From assembly GCA_018669975.1 (NCBI GenBank), contig JABHSK010000007.1, positions 390 to 64,389 on the forward strand: 64,000 nt of DNA, written 5' to 3'. Each line of letters starts with the position of its first letter. Position 1 is the stretch's first letter. The translations under genes and the position numbers were made by a program. Shown here one piece after another: positions 48,719-57,664 of this stretch. A model generated the notes under the pieces. That model searched no databases, was not told the origin of the DNA, and saw only the letters and a list, made by a program, of their open reading frames with translations. The stretch comes from Candidatus Parcubacteria bacterium. Lineage in GTDB: Bacteria > Patescibacteriota > Patescibacteriia > UBA1558 > GWA2-36-10.

Positions 48719-49717
48719 ATGAAAAAACTAGATCAAGTATACGATCACGTAACATCTTTAGGCATAGGATTAACCTCATTATGTAACCTTAAGTGCTCCC
48801 ATTGCTACTCAAAAAATTTAAGTAAGAAGACCCTAACTCTAGCAGAAATGGAAGGGATTTTTGAGTATTTTCCTAATTTACAGAAAGTAAATTTTGGCAC
48901 TGGCGAGAGCATACTAAATCCTGATTTTTTAAAAATTGTTGATTTTTTTCATGCCAAAAAGATAAAAATTGCAGTTACATCAAATGGTACTACTATTGCT
49001 CAGATGTCTGATGAGCATCTAAAGAAACTGGATGAGGTAGATATTTCTCTAGATTTTGCCAACGCTAAAGAACATGATGAGTGGAGGGGTTATCCTGGTT
49101 TGTTTGATAGAGCCATTGAGTCTATAGAGAGGTGTAAAAAATTAGGCATTGAAATATCCATTGCTACAGTATTGATGAATTCTAACTATAAAGTTTTTGG
49201 AGAGTTTAAAAAGATATTAGATAAATATGATATTCATCTGAGAGTAAACTTATGTAAACCAGTAGATACTGATGAATTTCAGATGAGCTATGAAGAGTTT
49301 TGGGAATCAATGAAAATAATTGCTGATAATTTCACTTTAGTAGCTAGCTCAGAGCCTGTGTTAGCTATTGTTACTGATATTAATGATCATTTGTGTGGAT
49401 CTCCTTGCGGTGATTCAGTTAGGCTACATCCAGATTTTAGTGTTAGTCCTTGTGTTTATGTGGATGGTAATAAGATTTCAACAGAGAAGTTTATAGAAAT
49501 GAAAAAACAAATCCCGAAATTTTGTCAGGATTGTGATTTTGTTGATAAATGCCGAGGTGGCTGTATGAGTAGAAGAATTTTTAATGATAATGTTGATAAG
49601 CCAGATGAGTATTGTCCAATTTATCGTGGAGATAAAATTCCAGAGATAAATTTCAAAACATTAGTAGGAAAAGAGTTTATACATAGTAATTATTTGTGTA
49701 CATTTATTTTAAAATAA
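48719..49717 (+). CDS. Radical SAM / SPASM-domain protein
   Basis: N-terminal CNLKCSHC and a C-terminal cysteine-rich SPASM region (CGSPCGDS...CQDCDFVDKCRGGC...YCP). A promoter TTGACA-17-TATGGT lies upstream. Confidence 0.7.
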   Translation: MKKLDQVYDHVTSLGIGLTSLCNLKCSHCYSKNLSKKTLTLAEMEGIFEYFPNLQKVNFGTGESILNPDFLKIVDFFHAKKIKIAVTSNGTTIAQMSDEHLKKLDEVDISLDFANAKEHDEWRGYPGLFDRAIESIERCKKLGIEISIATVLMNSNYKVFGEFKKILDKYDIHLRVNLCKPVDTDEFQMSYEEFWESMKIIADNFTLVASSEPVLAIVTDINDHLCGSPCGDSVRLHPDFSVSPCVYVDGNKISTEKFIEMKKQIPKFCQDCDFVDKCRGGCMSRRIFNDNVDKPDEYCPIYRGDKIPEINFKTLVGKEFIHSNYLCTFILK

Positions 49718-49747
49718 TAGTGTAAGAAAAAACCACAAGACATGTAA

Positions 49748-50863
49748 ATGAAAGGGGTAGCGATGTTGCTGGATGTCAGTAAGTACGCTGACCAAATTGA
49801 GCGTCGGCGAGCAAGGCGAAGCCTAGCTGCCCAACTTAGCCCCAATGCAAATGTACCGATATGTTTTTATTTCAACGGTGCATTTTATTGTGAGCTACTG
49901 GGCGTTGATGTCGAGGAATATTATCGGGAACCAGAATTACAGGTTGAGGTTCAGCTTAAGGGCTGGCAGTGGCAAATGGAGCATTTGCGTGCAGATTCTT
50001 CCACCTGTGATTGGATTGGTTTTGAGACGGGCCCGATTGGCGAAGCGGTTGCCTTTGGTACACCAATATTCACCAGTCAAAATAGTCCGCCTGTCAGTCA
50101 GTCGATTGAAAATGATCTATCCGAGATTCTCAAATTGCAAGTTATTCCACCGGATAGAAATAGACTGTGGCAGAGCTTACAGGCTAAGGCAGAACGTTTT
50201 GCTGCTCGAGCCAGTAAGTTGGGAACCAACATTCCCGTTGCTAAGTTTAGGCCACCGGCCATTCATTTGCCTTTGACGGCAACATGTTTATTGGCTGATG
50301 CTACTCAAGTAATGCTAGCAGTGGGGGGTCGAACTCCTGAGTTAGATAAGGTACTGTGGCATATGTGTCATGCTTTAATTGAGTGGAATGCTTATTTTTA
50401 TGGCAATGGTGAAATGTGGTTGTGTGACGATTATATCTGTTTCATTTCCGAGGCAGATTTTCGGGCATGCTTAACTAAGCATTATCAGTTTTTAAACACT
50501 GTCTATTCTGATAGGCGCTTGTGTTTTCATGCTGATGGTCCTTTAGATCAGCACTTTGCTCATTTGCTGGATTTTGTATCAGCTAAAAAGGTAGATATCG
50601 GCGGCTTCAGCTCTTTAGTAGAAGAACGACGTCATCTACAGGGTAGAGTGTTGTTTTCCGGAGGCTTGAATAACAAGGATTTCGACAAACACGGTTTGCA
50701 TCAAACGACTATCAAGAAGGCTCTTCAAGCAATTGAAGATTCTAAAGCCGAAGGAGGCTTTGAACTTTCTATTGGTGGTCAGTGCTACGTGGGTGTTAAT
50801 CCTGACAGCCTTTGTCAGTTGGTAGAAATAGTCCGATCGGAGTATAATTACGCTATAGAGTGA
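49748..50863 (+). CDS. Hypothetical protein (~48% GC); possible URO-D/MtaA-like TIM-barrel. Alternative start at 49763.
   Basis: ORF with an internal RBS-like aaagggg before the second ATG. Weak pattern resemblance only. Confidence 0.35.
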   Translation: MKGVAMLLDVSKYADQIERRRARRSLAAQLSPNANVPICFYFNGAFYCELLGVDVEEYYREPELQVEVQLKGWQWQMEHLRADSSTCDWIGFETGPIGEAVAFGTPIFTSQNSPPVSQSIENDLSEILKLQVIPPDRNRLWQSLQAKAERFAARASKLGTNIPVAKFRPPAIHLPLTATCLLADATQVMLAVGGRTPELDKVLWHMCHALIEWNAYFYGNGEMWLCDDYICFISEADFRACLTKHYQFLNTVYSDRRLCFHADGPLDQHFAHLLDFVSAKKVDIGGFSSLVEERRHLQGRVLFSGGLNNKDFDKHGLHQTTIKKALQAIEDSKAEGGFELSIGGQCYVGVNPDSLCQLVEIVRSEYNYAIE

Positions 50864-50924
50864 CATTGAGCCGCAAAGCGGCTCAATGTCACGTATTTAT
50901 TCAGACTACTTTTAAAAAAAATAT

Positions 50925-51593
50925 ATGAATAAAAACAAAACAAACATTAATTGGGATAGTCTTTGGGAAAAAAGAAAAGATTTAGATTGGTGGCGTACAC
51001 CAGCTAAAGACTTTGTTAAAATTCTAGAGTCACTAGATTTTTCTGGTCAGGAAAAGTTTTATGATTTGGGAGCAGGCATCGGCAGGCACACTGTTTTGCT
51101 GGCTAAGGCTGGCTTTGATGTTTATGCTTCTGATGATTCACAAGCAGCCATTGATCAAATAGAGGAGTGGTTAGCCAAAGAAAAAGTATCAGCCAAGACT
51201 TATTTATGTGATATGGCTGAAGGGCCATTTGAAAAAGATTTTTTTGATTTTGTAGTATCTTATAACGTAATCTATCATGGGCAGCAGGAAAGAATGCAGC
51301 AGGCGATAGATCATGTCTATGATATTTTGAAGCCGAACGGATATTTTTATTTTACTTGTCCAAGTATTAAAGATGGACGTTGTGGTTCTGGCACTGAAGT
51401 TGGGTATCAGGCTTGGCGTTGTGAAAATGCTCTAGACAAAGGAGAAGTGCATTGTTTTACGACCAGGGAAGATTTAGATAAATATTTAGAAAAATTTGAA
51501 ATAGTATCTGTTAATTTGAATGAAGGTAGTTTTGTCCACGAAGGCAAGGATAGATTTTATTCAGACTGGCAGGGGTTAGTAAAGAAAAAATAA
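50925..51593 (+). CDS. Class I SAM-dependent methyltransferase
   Basis: Motif I YDLGAGIGRHTVLLAKAGFDVYASD. Confidence 0.65.
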   Translation: MNKNKTNINWDSLWEKRKDLDWWRTPAKDFVKILESLDFSGQEKFYDLGAGIGRHTVLLAKAGFDVYASDDSQAAIDQIEEWLAKEKVSAKTYLCDMAEGPFEKDFFDFVVSYNVIYHGQQERMQQAIDHVYDILKPNGYFYFTCPSIKDGRCGSGTEVGYQAWRCENALDKGEVHCFTTREDLDKYLEKFEIVSVNLNEGSFVHEGKDRFYSDWQGLVKKK

Positions 51594-52474
51594 AAGATTT
51601 AGACAAAAACATTTCCGTAGTTTTAAGACTAACCAAGTATTGCAACTTAAGTTGTGAGCATTGTTATTATGCTGCTTCACCAGACAATAAGCATAGTATG
51701 TCAGAGTATAAGGTAAAACAAGCTTTGGAAGATTTGGCATCTTTAGAAAAAGAAGGATTTAAAATAAACGAAATCAGGTTGACTGGCGGTGAAGTGACAG
51801 CCTTGCCGTATATAGCAGCTCTAACTAAAGATATTAAAACTAGGTGGCCAAAAGCTACTTTGCAGTTGGAGAGTAATGGTATTAAGTTGATGGCCAATGA
51901 AGAATCACGGCAGATGCTTGAGTGGATTGACAGGCTACACATTAGCATTGACACTTGGCATGACAATGTAGACATTGAGGGGAATTCAAAGATTTTAGAT
52001 TTTTTATTGAAGCGTAGAAAAAAATATAAATTTGGAGTATTGGTGCACTGGGCTACCAATCAAGACGATGAAGAATTAATGCAGAAGTTTTTAACTAAGT
52101 ATGAGCCGCAACAAATTGATTTTCATATCAGTGAGGTGTCACCAGCTGGGCGGGGAGGAAATTTAAATGAAAGGTTTTTAGCTAAACATCATTCACAACG
52201 TACAGTTTGTAGTTTTGCCAATTATATACTTCTAGATGTTGATGAACACTGGTATAGCTGCAGGGTAATGGCTGATTATAGTCGCATTGGTAAAATTGCT
52301 TGTAAAGATTTTGTAAATAAGATAAATAAAGCCAAAAAAATAAGGCAGGAGCTAGCTATTGACAAAATTGGCATTCCGTTATTTAATAGAGAACTTGATA
52401 AGGCTAAGGTTTGTAAGCAAATCAAGCAAAACAAAGGAATAATATGTGATCTTTGTAAAAAGGTCAATTTATAA
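51590..52474 (+). CDS. Radical SAM protein; 5' end uncertain because the CxxxCxxC motif lies upstream of the first ATG at 51698
   Basis: The open frame from 51554 encodes ...NISVVLRLTKYCNLSCEHCYY before the first ATG. Candidate starts are ATA at 51590 (overlapping the upstream TAA), ATT at 51611, or a -1 frameshift from the upstream methyltransferase gene. Confidence 0.5.
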   Translation: MKDLDKNISVVLRLTKYCNLSCEHCYYAASPDNKHSMSEYKVKQALEDLASLEKEGFKINEIRLTGGEVTALPYIAALTKDIKTRWPKATLQLESNGIKLMANEESRQMLEWIDRLHISIDTWHDNVDIEGNSKILDFLLKRRKKYKFGVLVHWATNQDDEELMQKFLTKYEPQQIDFHISEVSPAGRGGNLNERFLAKHHSQRTVCSFANYILLDVDEHWYSCRVMADYSRIGKIACKDFVNKINKAKKIRQELAIDKIGIPLFNRELDKAKVCKQIKQNKGIICDLCKKVNL

Positions 52475-52517
52475 TAGATAAAGCACCTTAAAATTCTAGC
52501 AGCGAGGGGAGTGTACC

Positions 52518-53117
52518 GTGAGTGGTAAATTTGTGGCTCTTGTTGGCCCTTCAGGGGTAGGCAAGACTACCATCATCACTGCTCTGATGAGCTCTTCAAC
52601 TGATTTTGTCAGGATGTTGCCGCATACAAGTCGGCCACCTCGACCCTATGAAGTTGAAGGAGAAGATTATTGGTTTGTGTCTCGCGATGAGATACAAGCG
52701 ATGTTGGCAGCCGATCCTAGGCTCAAAGAAACTTTGGTTGAGTTTGACGGACACCAGTTCGTTATTGACTACAATCGGATTGAGCAAATGTTGGCTGACG
52801 GTAAAGTAATATTGATGGACCTCTATATTAACTGGGTTCAGCAGTTTAAAGAAAGGTATGACCAGCAGATGGCTGCCGTACTTTTGCTGCCGGATGACCT
52901 GGATGTATTGGTCGATCAGCTAAGTCGCTCGAGGAAACATGATCCCGAATTTGTGGATAAACGCATGGCCCAGACTGCTCGGGAGATGAACATCTTCCAA
53001 AACAAGATGAAGCCTTATTTTAATAAGGTAATTGTCTTGCCGCGGTCTTTGGATATGGCAGTGGCCCAGGTTCGGAGAACTATTACCCTATTAACAGATG
53101 GGGTTGGGGGGCGCTAG
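52518..53117 (+). CDS. gmk: Guanylate kinase (GTG start)
   Basis: ALVGPSGVGKTT P-loop and HTSRPPRPYEVEGEDYWFVSRDE. About 50% GC. Confidence 0.7.
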   Translation: MSGKFVALVGPSGVGKTTIITALMSSSTDFVRMLPHTSRPPRPYEVEGEDYWFVSRDEIQAMLAADPRLKETLVEFDGHQFVIDYNRIEQMLADGKVILMDLYINWVQQFKERYDQQMAAVLLLPDDLDVLVDQLSRSRKHDPEFVDKRMAQTAREMNIFQNKMKPYFNKVIVLPRSLDMAVAQVRRTITLLTDGVGGR

Positions 53118-53150
53118 CTACGGCTTCGGCCTCCCCCCTTTTTATTTTTT
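53105..53150 (+). terminator. Rho-independent terminator (G/C-run stem plus T-run)
   Basis: ggggttggggggcg...ggcctcccccc followed by tttttatttttttt. Confidence 0.5.
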
Positions 53151-53157
53151 TAAAATT

Positions 53158-54672
53158 ATGAATATAAATAACAAAAAATTAAAAAATTCAGATTACTGTT
53201 CTATTTTTAGTAATAAAGATGGTCAGTATGCTGTTTATCATTCACTGACTTGTGATATTGTATATGGTGGCGAACTATTGAATAAATTGTTTGCACATTT
53301 TTCAGACTATAATACTTATCAAGAGCTTGATAAGGAGGATGAAAAAACCAAACAGTTATTAACTACCTTGTACCAAGGTGGTTTTTTAGTTGCTAATGAT
53401 AAGCAAGATCAGAAATTATTGGATAGCATGCAGAAACAAGTTAAAGCCAAACAATTTATCAAGACATTGTATTTGAGTATTACCTATAAATGTAATTTAC
53501 GTTGTAAATATTGTATCAGTAATAATGACGTTGCTTTAGATGGAGACAAAAAACTTTCTTTTATGGACATGGATAAAGATACTGCTAAACAGGTAGTTGA
53601 TTATTATTTGCAGCATGTGGTAGATGAGGGTGATAAGGAGGTTGTTCTCTATGGCGGTGAACCATTAGTTAATTATGAAGTTTTGAAATTCATGGTTGAA
53701 TATATAGAGGAAAAAGAATCAGCTAAAATAAAAAAGAATAAAGATTATAAGAGGAGTCGTTTTATTTTGTGTACCAACGGCACTTTAATTAATAAGGAAA
53801 AAGCAGCCTATCTAAAAGAGCACAGGATTTATCCAGCAGTTACTTTTGATGGAGATCAACTGGCTCATGATAATGTTCGGGTTTATGCCAACGGGCAAGG
53901 AACATTTGAGGATGTAGTCAAAGCTTATAGAAATTTACAGGAGCTAGATTTTCCAATTGGTGTGACATTGACTTTAGGTAGTCACAATGTAGACAAGGTG
54001 GCAGATTTTGTAGAGTTGTTTGCTAAAAAGCTACAACCTCATACTATGGCTACTAATATTATGATTGATTACGATGATGGTGGTAATCCCTATGTCTGTG
54101 AAGGTAATACTCTAGCAGATAATTTAATTAAAGCTTTTGAAGTTGCTAGAAAACATGGCATGTATTTGGTTAAGTATGTTATGGATAATCGTATTAAACC
54201 TTTTGTAGAAAAACAGCCAAGACTTAAAGGATGCACGGGCACTGGATCAAGGATTATGGTTTTGCCGGATGGTTCTCTGTCAGCTTGTATGGCTTATGCT
54301 AATAATTCATCAGTCAAAGTAAAAGATAATCCAAAGGTAGAGGAATTTTTGCCAACGGGTATAAAAACCTATTCACCATTTCTCAAACAACAATGTCGCT
54401 ATTGTCCAGCTATTTCTTGCTGCGGTGGCGGTTGCCCTAAGAGCGCGGAGGTTAAACATGGTACCTTATTCTCATTGGACGACGATTACTGTATTCAGAG
54501 TAAGAGATTTTTAGAATGGTTAATTTGGGATTTATACAATTTTATTGATCAGAAGCAACTGGTCAAAGATGGTTTTGTAATTCCCAGCGATGAAGAACGC
54601 CATAAGATATATGGAAAAATAGAAGTGCGTCGCAGTCCATTAGATTTTCAATATACACCTAACGCTAATTAA
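53158..54672 (+). CDS. Radical SAM / SPASM-domain protein with a ~115-aa N-terminal extension (possible peptide-recognition domain)
   Basis: ITYKCNLRCKYC and the SPASM region CTGTGSRIM...SAC...CRYCPAISCCGGGCP. The start is placed after the terminator, at MNINNKK. Confidence 0.7.
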   Translation: MNINNKKLKNSDYCSIFSNKDGQYAVYHSLTCDIVYGGELLNKLFAHFSDYNTYQELDKEDEKTKQLLTTLYQGGFLVANDKQDQKLLDSMQKQVKAKQFIKTLYLSITYKCNLRCKYCISNNDVALDGDKKLSFMDMDKDTAKQVVDYYLQHVVDEGDKEVVLYGGEPLVNYEVLKFMVEYIEEKESAKIKKNKDYKRSRFILCTNGTLINKEKAAYLKEHRIYPAVTFDGDQLAHDNVRVYANGQGTFEDVVKAYRNLQELDFPIGVTLTLGSHNVDKVADFVELFAKKLQPHTMATNIMIDYDDGGNPYVCEGNTLADNLIKAFEVARKHGMYLVKYVMDNRIKPFVEKQPRLKGCTGTGSRIMVLPDGSLSACMAYANNSSVKVKDNPKVEEFLPTGIKTYSPFLKQQCRYCPAISCCGGGCPKSAEVKHGTLFSLDDDYCIQSKRFLEWLIWDLYNFIDQKQLVKDGFVIPSDEERHKIYGKIEVRRSPLDFQYTPNAN

Positions 54673-54673
54673 T

Positions 54674-56089
54674 ATGGGAGAATTGAATCCACAAATTAAA
54701 GATCAATTATCAAAGTATGTACGAGTATTTGATTTTGGTGAACATCTATGTTTACTGAATGGCTTGTCTTTAGATAAAGTTTTCATTAAAGCGGATGCAG
54801 ATAATCAGGAGACCAAAGATGTTTTGCAAAAGTATAATTTGCTTAAAGATTTTGATGTAAAGGCTGAGAAATTTGTGAGTGGTTGTCAGAGTAAGTTTGA
54901 TCCTAGTTTTAGGCAATTGTATCTGGTGGTGACGGAAGCTTGTAATTTTGATTGTAAATATTGTCGGCAAGTAACACACGACGTCAAGGGTAATCGTAGT
55001 ATGACTCGAGACGAGGCTAGATTGATTGTTGATAATTTTTTTAATTTGGCGGAGGACAAACCACGTGGCGTAGTTTTTTATGGTGGTGAGCCATTGGTGA
55101 ATAAAGAGGTTATGTTGGATGCAGTTAAATATATTCGGCAGAAAGAAAGTAAATTAAAATTGGATAGGCCGATTGATATGACTATCATTACCAATGGTAC
55201 TTTAGTAGATCATGATAGCGCACAGGTACTCAAGGATAATGATGTTTATATTATTATGTCTATTGATGGTCGCGCTCAAGAGCATGACAAGTTTAGAGTT
55301 TATGCAAATGGTAAAGGAACCTTTGACGATGTTATCAAGGGTTATAAAATATACCAGCAAGCTGGTTGTAGAGTAGGTATATCTTGTACAATTGGTTCAC
55401 ATAATTACGACAATCTAGAGGACATTTTTGATTATTTTGCTAATGATTTGCAACCAATTAATGTTGGTATCAACCTACCACATGACGATCACGACAATCC
55501 ATTAAATGATGATTTAGATTTTGGAAAATTCTGTCAACGTATGTTCAAAATTTTTGAACAGTCAACAGATAACAATTTATATATAGAGCATATTATCAGA
55601 AAGTTGAAACTTTTATTTAGACACGAGATTAAAATTAATGACTGTGCAGCCTGTGGTGGTAGATTGGTTGCTTTACCTGGGCAAAGATATGGAGTTTGTG
55701 AAGGAGCGATTGGTATGGATGAGTTTTTCTTTACAGACATAAAGAGGGTTGCTGAGATGTCCGCAGAATGGTATGGAACTTCTCCGCTTTTTGATGACCA
55801 TTGTAGTAATTGTGCTGCTGTCGGAGTCTGTGGTGGTGGTTGTCCTTTTGATGGATATTTAGAAGCCAAGCAGGTTGGACACCGTGATAGTCGTCGTTGT
55901 CTATTTATGAATAAGATTGTCGAGTGGGGATTAGAAAATTTTTATAAAATACACAAAAATAAATTGCAAGGCAAGAAATACTATATTCCGAATTTGAGTG
56001 ATCAACATGATTTTTTGAAAGAGATTAAAGCTATTAATGATAGTTTACCCTTGCGTAGTTCTGCTAGTTTTAGTAATACCAAATTATGA
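54674..56089 (+). CDS. Radical SAM / SPASM-domain protein, paralog of 53158..54672
   Basis: VTEACNFDCKYC and the SPASM region CAACGGRLVALPGQRYGVC...CSNCAAVGVCGGGCP. The two genes share VYANG(K/Q)GTF(D/E)DV. Confidence 0.7.
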   Translation: MGELNPQIKDQLSKYVRVFDFGEHLCLLNGLSLDKVFIKADADNQETKDVLQKYNLLKDFDVKAEKFVSGCQSKFDPSFRQLYLVVTEACNFDCKYCRQVTHDVKGNRSMTRDEARLIVDNFFNLAEDKPRGVVFYGGEPLVNKEVMLDAVKYIRQKESKLKLDRPIDMTIITNGTLVDHDSAQVLKDNDVYIIMSIDGRAQEHDKFRVYANGKGTFDDVIKGYKIYQQAGCRVGISCTIGSHNYDNLEDIFDYFANDLQPINVGINLPHDDHDNPLNDDLDFGKFCQRMFKIFEQSTDNNLYIEHIIRKLKLLFRHEIKINDCAACGGRLVALPGQRYGVCEGAIGMDEFFFTDIKRVAEMSAEWYGTSPLFDDHCSNCAAVGVCGGGCPFDGYLEAKQVGHRDSRRCLFMNKIVEWGLENFYKIHKNKLQGKKYYIPNLSDQHDFLKEIKAINDSLPLRSSASFSNTKL

Positions 56090-57558
56090 AAGTCGTAATA
56101 CTAGATATTCCAACTACAGAGATTTTTTCTACACCTGAATTTAACAGGTTGTCTTCAGAGGTCAAAAAATATCGTCTACATGATCAAAAAGTTAAATTGG
56201 AAGATAAATACAATATTCGTTTTTCACCACCGCATACTTACAACCGTGGACTTTTATTCGTGGCAGCGGTACTAGAAGAAAAGGGTGTTGAGGTTGATTA
56301 TTTTAATGGAGACTATGACAAAGATTTTTGGCAGAAATGTCAGGATAAAATAAAGGAAGCAGATGTATTGATGGCTTCAGTAAAAACCAATAATTATCCA
56401 GTTATTTTAGAGTATTTTGTTCAAGCCAGAGAAATAAAACCAGGGATTACAACTATGATTGGTGGTTCACATGCTACGGCTATGCCTGAACAATGTTTAG
56501 AAAACGATTTGATAGATTTTGTAGTGATAGGTGAAGGTGAGATTACTTTGGCAGAATGGCTAGATGTTTATCAATCTACTGGTGATGATTATAGTCAGAT
56601 TTTAGGCTTGGGTTACAAACAAGGCAAAGAAGTTAAAGTGAACTCTTTACGTCCTTTGATAGAGGCTCTAGATGCTTTGCCGATGCCTGCTTATCATTTG
56701 TTGCCAGGTGGCCTTAAAGAATATCATCCTTATATTGATACTTCCCGTGGTTGTATGTATCAATGTGGTTTTTGTAGCGGGCCAAACTTTTGGCGCCGTA
56801 AAATGCGCACCAGATCATTTGCTAATTTTTATAAAGAATTAGAATTGATTAAATCATTGATGGGGGATTATAACTTTATTCATATTTCAGATCCAATGCT
56901 GGGAGTGACTCCACAGCAGTTGGAAATATTGAACCAGTTAAAAGAAAAAGAAATTGATTTATATTTTTCTTGTGATGTTAAAGCTAATTATATTCGTCCA
57001 GATTTAATTCAATTGATGAAAGACAGCGGAATTATTATTTTTTCCATTGGCATTGAAACCCTAAATGATAAAGCGCTGACTTTACTAAAAAAGAATTGTA
57101 CAGCTGAACTAGAAATTGAAGCTTGTCGAGCCATTAAAAAGTTTGATGGTATTTATGTAAAATCATATTGGATTGTTGGTTTGCCAGGCGAGGATAAGGA
57201 ATCACTGCAATATAACAACGAGCAAATTTATAATTTATTGAAGACAGAAGCAGTTGATCAAGTTTGTAATCATATTTTAGTTCCATATCCAGGTACAGAG
57301 TTTTTTCATGATCCAAAACAGTTTGGTATCAATATTATGCATGATGATTGGATACACTATGAGGGCAGATCATATCCTTTAATTTATAAACTAGACAATC
57401 TGTCTGGTGATGAAATATACAAATATTTTTTAGAAGCTCACGAATATGAGCTCAAATATTATAAGGAAGCATATCCAAGTATAGCTTTTACTGATGAACC
57501 TGGTAAGCAAGATCAAGATAACATGAGTTTTGGTAAGTACAAAGGAAGGCTACTTTAA
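56086..57558 (+). CDS. B12-binding domain radical SAM protein (class B-like)
   Basis: N-terminal cobalamin-binding-like domain followed by TSRGCMYQCGFCSGP (C-x3-C-x2-C). Confidence 0.7.
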   Translation: MKVVILDIPTTEIFSTPEFNRLSSEVKKYRLHDQKVKLEDKYNIRFSPPHTYNRGLLFVAAVLEEKGVEVDYFNGDYDKDFWQKCQDKIKEADVLMASVKTNNYPVILEYFVQAREIKPGITTMIGGSHATAMPEQCLENDLIDFVVIGEGEITLAEWLDVYQSTGDDYSQILGLGYKQGKEVKVNSLRPLIEALDALPMPAYHLLPGGLKEYHPYIDTSRGCMYQCGFCSGPNFWRRKMRTRSFANFYKELELIKSLMGDYNFIHISDPMLGVTPQQLEILNQLKEKEIDLYFSCDVKANYIRPDLIQLMKDSGIIIFSIGIETLNDKALTLLKKNCTAELEIEACRAIKKFDGIYVKSYWIVGLPGEDKESLQYNNEQIYNLLKTEAVDQVCNHILVPYPGTEFFHDPKQFGINIMHDDWIHYEGRSYPLIYKLDNLSGDEIYKYFLEAHEYELKYYKEAYPSIAFTDEPGKQDQDNMSFGKYKGRLL

Positions 57559-57664
57559 AAGCTTGTTTATTGACAAAATTATATAAATATATAAGATTGG
57601 AGTATGAATGCAGAATTTTACTACTGCCAATAAATGAACCTTGTTAATAGAATAGGAGAACACA

